Of a stretch of DNA of 64,000 bases, positions 61,501-64,000 are shown one piece after another. The notes beneath the pieces were generated by a model, which was not told where the DNA came from, searched no databases, and saw only the letters and a list, made by a program, of their open reading frames with translations. The position numbers and the translations under genes are program-made. Source of the DNA: Macrostomum hystrix (lineage: Eukaryota > Animalia > Platyhelminthes); assembly GCA_950097015.1 (NCBI GenBank), contig CATNEN010000038.1:18352001-18416000 (forward strand), written 5' to 3'. How positions within the stretch are numbered: position 1 is the stretch's first letter; each line of letters begins with the position of its first letter.

Positions 61501-63297
61501 GTGAGTGGTGTCTGCTGGCTGAGGGATCTGGTGTGAGTGGTGTCTGCTGGCTGAAGGACCTGGTGTGAGTGGTGTCTGCTGGCTGAAGGACCTGGTGTGA
61601 GTGGTGTCTGCTGGCTGAGGGATCTGCTTGTGGTGTCTGCTGGCTGAGGGATCTGCTTGTGTTGTCTGCTGGCTGAGGGATCTGCTTGTGGTGTCTGCTG
61701 GCTGAGGGATCTGGTGTGAGTGGTGTCTTCTGGCTGAGGGATCTGGTGTGAGTGGTGTCTTCTGGCTGAGGGATCTGGTGTGAGTGGTGTCTGCTGGCTG
61801 AAGGACCTGGTGTGAGTGGTGTCTGCTGGCTGAGGGATCCGGTGTGAGTGGTGTCTGCTGGCTGAAGGACCTGGTGTGAGTGGTGTCTGCTGGCTGAAGG
61901 ACCTGGTGTGAGTGGTGTCTGCTGGCTGAGGGATCTGCTTGTGGTGTCTGCTGGCTGAGGGATCTGCTTGTGGTGTCTGCTGGCTGAGGGATCTGCTTGT
62001 GGTGTCTGCTGGCTGAGGGATCTGGTGTGAGTTGTGTCTGCTGGCTGAGGGATCTGGTGTGAGTGGTGTCTGCTGGCTGAAGGACCTGGTGTGAGTGGTG
62101 TCTGCTGGCTGAGGGATCTGGTGTGAGTGGTGTCTGCTGGCTGAAGGACCTGGTGTGAGTGGTGTCTGCTGGCTGAAGGACCTGGTGTGAGTCGTGTCTG
62201 CTGGCTGAGGGATCTGCTTGTGGTGTCTGCTGGCTGAGGGATCTGCTTGTGTTGTCTGCTGGCTGAGGGATCTGCTTGTGGTGTCTGCTGGCTGAGGGAT
62301 CTGGTGTGAGTGGTGTCTGCTGGCTGAGGGATCTGGTGTGAGTGGTGTCTTCTGGCTGAGGGATCTGGTGTGAGTGGTGTCTGCTGGCTGAAGGACCTGG
62401 TGTGAGTGGTGTCTGCTGGCTGAGGGATCCGGTGTGAGTGGTGTCTGCTGGCTGAAGGACCTGGTGTGAGTGGTGTCTGCTGGCTGAAGGACCTGGTGTG
62501 AGTGGTGTCTGCTGGCTGAGGGATCTGCTTGTGGTGTCTGCTGGCTGAGGTATCATGTGTTAGTGGTGTCTGCTGTCTGAGGTATCTTGTGTGAGTGGTG
62601 TCTGCTCGCTGAGGTATCATGTGTTAGTGGTGTCTGCTGTCTGAGGTATCTTGTGTGAGTGGTGTCTGCTCGCTGAGGTATCATGTGTTAGTGGTGTCTG
62701 CTGTCTGAGGTATCTTGTGTGAGTGGTGTCTGCTGGCTGAGGTATCTTGTGTTAGTGGTGTCTGCTGGCTGAGGCTCTGGTGTGAGTGGTGTCTGCTGGC
62801 TGAGGCTCTGGTGTGAGTGGTGTCTGCTGTCTGAGGCTCTGGTGTTAGTGGTGTCTGCTGGCTGAGGCTCTGGTGTGAGTGGTGTCTGCTGTCTGAGGCT
62901 CTGGTGTTAGTGGTGTCTGCTGGCTGAGGCTCTGGTGTTAGTGGTGTCTGCTGGCTGAGGCTCTGGTGTGAATGGTGTGTGCTGGCTGGCAATTTATCCT
63001 TTAAAGCCTTCGCTAAGTGTTGATTTCAGAAGATTAAGGTTATACTTTTATCATTTATTTTTGTCGAAGGTTCTTCTGTCTGGCACAATGGCACAGCCAA
63101 ACCACCTCTCGGCCTGTGGTCCTGGACCTGCTACAACCCGGCCAATGTCAACCAGACTTCAGTCCCGCCCAATGCCATTATCCAGCCTGCCGATGTATTC
63201 ACTTTGGCAATCTCTCGTTCGTTAATTGTTAACAGTTGTGAACTAAACAATGTTTCTGTTGGCGAAAATGTCATCGATGTCAACTTGAAATTGGCTT
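52592..63297 (+). CDS. Polycystin-1-like / WSC+PKD-domain membrane protein, 5' exons: 52592-52739, 53302-53424, 54584-54759, 55138-55278, 58908-59326, 59443-61018, 63070-63297; presumably continues past the window
   Basis: Phase-consistent GT-AG introns (2,2,1,1,0,1,1); the 53302 acceptor is a weak GAAG chosen to keep frame. WSC motif FIGC...T..HCFYRCAQLGYAFA...CNC...C..CPG...LCG....AVY; PKD-like strands AGNFTAQLSVSN, PGRLLLVCRLSNPAS, IGFADG; many N-x-S/T sites. Confidence 0.75.
52820..53100. repeat. Degenerate intronic minisatellite (CATCTACCTCCCATCTCT-like)
   Basis: Repeated CATCTACCTC core. Confidence 0.8.
53815..53975 (-). mobile_element. SINE 3' half, minus strand
   Basis: Reverse complement of the shared SINE tail (CAGTCCATGGACTG...). 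Confidence 0.8.
54020..54485. repeat. 21-bp intronic minisatellite (TCCTAGAATCCCGATCACGAA)n
   Basis: About 22 copies. Confidence 0.96.
55463..55718 (+). mobile_element. tRNA-derived SINE copy
   Basis: A and B boxes, central domain and tail as at 36293. Confidence 0.88.
56330..57070. repeat. Polypyrimidine low-complexity repeat (TTCCCATTTC-rich) with a 330-bp duplication
   Basis: 56380-56600 is repeated at 56710-56930. Confidence 0.85.
57905..58715. repeat. 18-bp intronic minisatellite (TTACCC[AG]ATTCTACT[AC]GC)n, ~45 copies
   Basis: Direct reading. Confidence 0.97.
61055..62988. repeat. 29/31-bp intronic minisatellite (CTGCTGGCTGAGGGATCTG[CTTGTG/GTGTGAGTG]GTGT)n with ~590-bp higher-order repeat
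   Basis: Lies between donor 61019 and acceptor 63069. Confidence 0.96.
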
Positions 63298-63814
63298 GTA
63301 AGTTTTTTTGGCTTTCGCTGCTGAACGAATGCTATTTAGAAGGCTAATAGAAAATTATTGTTTATAATTTCTTTAGCATTTCTGAATATTCGCTCTTTTA
63401 AAGTATAGGCTATGTCTATGTGAATCTGATAAGTCTAAATTGACTGGCGTTTTGGCTACTTTATAGTAGGAGAGTGTCGATTCGAATCTAGGCTGTCTGT
63501 GTGTGTGTCTAAATTATGAGGGGTGTCTAACCCCGCCACTCACTGCTCTGCCTGTTGTATATTTATTACTTTTTATCAACAATCTGTGCCATTGTGTGTA
63601 TACACATCTCATTAGCCCTAATTCCTGTTCCCAGTGCTTTTGTGGAATTCTCCCCATTAAGGTTAGGTTGGCACTTAAATGACTTTTTTAGACTGTTCTG
63701 GTGATTTTAGGTATAAGAAATCAAATTAAAATTCTGAAGGTACGAGTAAATATACTTTAGAATCCATACACAAGTGTAAGGCAGCTGCTGCAGATCACCT
63801 TCTGAAAGACTGGG

Positions 63815-64000
63815 CCTCAGGTAGCGGATTGATTTATCTCAGTTAGCTGATACAATCCTGAAGTAATGGGTCTCAGGTAGCTGATACAATCCTGAAGTAA
63901 TGGGTCTCAGGTAGCTGATACAATCCTGAAGTAATGGTTCTCAGGTAGCTGATACAATCCTGAAGTACTGGTTCTCAGGTAGCTGATACAATCCTGAAGT
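63815..64000. repeat. 34-bp minisatellite (CTCAGGTAGCTGATACAATCCTGAAGTAATGGGT)n, truncated by window edge
   Basis: About 4-5 copies. Confidence 0.9.

Overview
Eukaryotic (animal) genomic DNA with spliceosomal introns, not prokaryotic. The repeat landscape and gene content resemble a free-living flatworm such as Macrostomum (inference, not verified). Most long ORFs in the supplied track are artefacts of minisatellites whose unit is a multiple of 3. By following GT-AG junctions with consistent phases I reconstructed these genes: the 5' part of TDP1 (-); a divergent 780-aa NKRF-like protein with no G-patch (-); a 182-aa secreted Cys-rich protein with an internal duplication (-); an intronless B-box/coiled-coil/NHL gene (-) plus a decayed paralog; a head-to-head pair of C-type-lectin/PAN genes; a plexin-domain-containing (PLXDC/TEM7-like) receptor (-); and the 5' part of a WSC+PKD polycystin-1-like gene (+). 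Mobile DNA comprises a near full-length LOA-type LINE (APE-RT-RNaseH), LINE fragments, about 6 copies of a tRNA-derived SINE, MULE-like MITEs with 9-bp TSDs and a nested Merlin remnant. The most striking unexplained structure is the minisatellite architecture. Most long introns are filled by their own 18-59 bp tandem array, which spares only the splice-signal ends. Related array families are arranged concentrically (A-B-C | C'-B'-A') around the 3' end of the NKRF-like gene. One array appears to have been born from the coding sequence of a duplicated gene.
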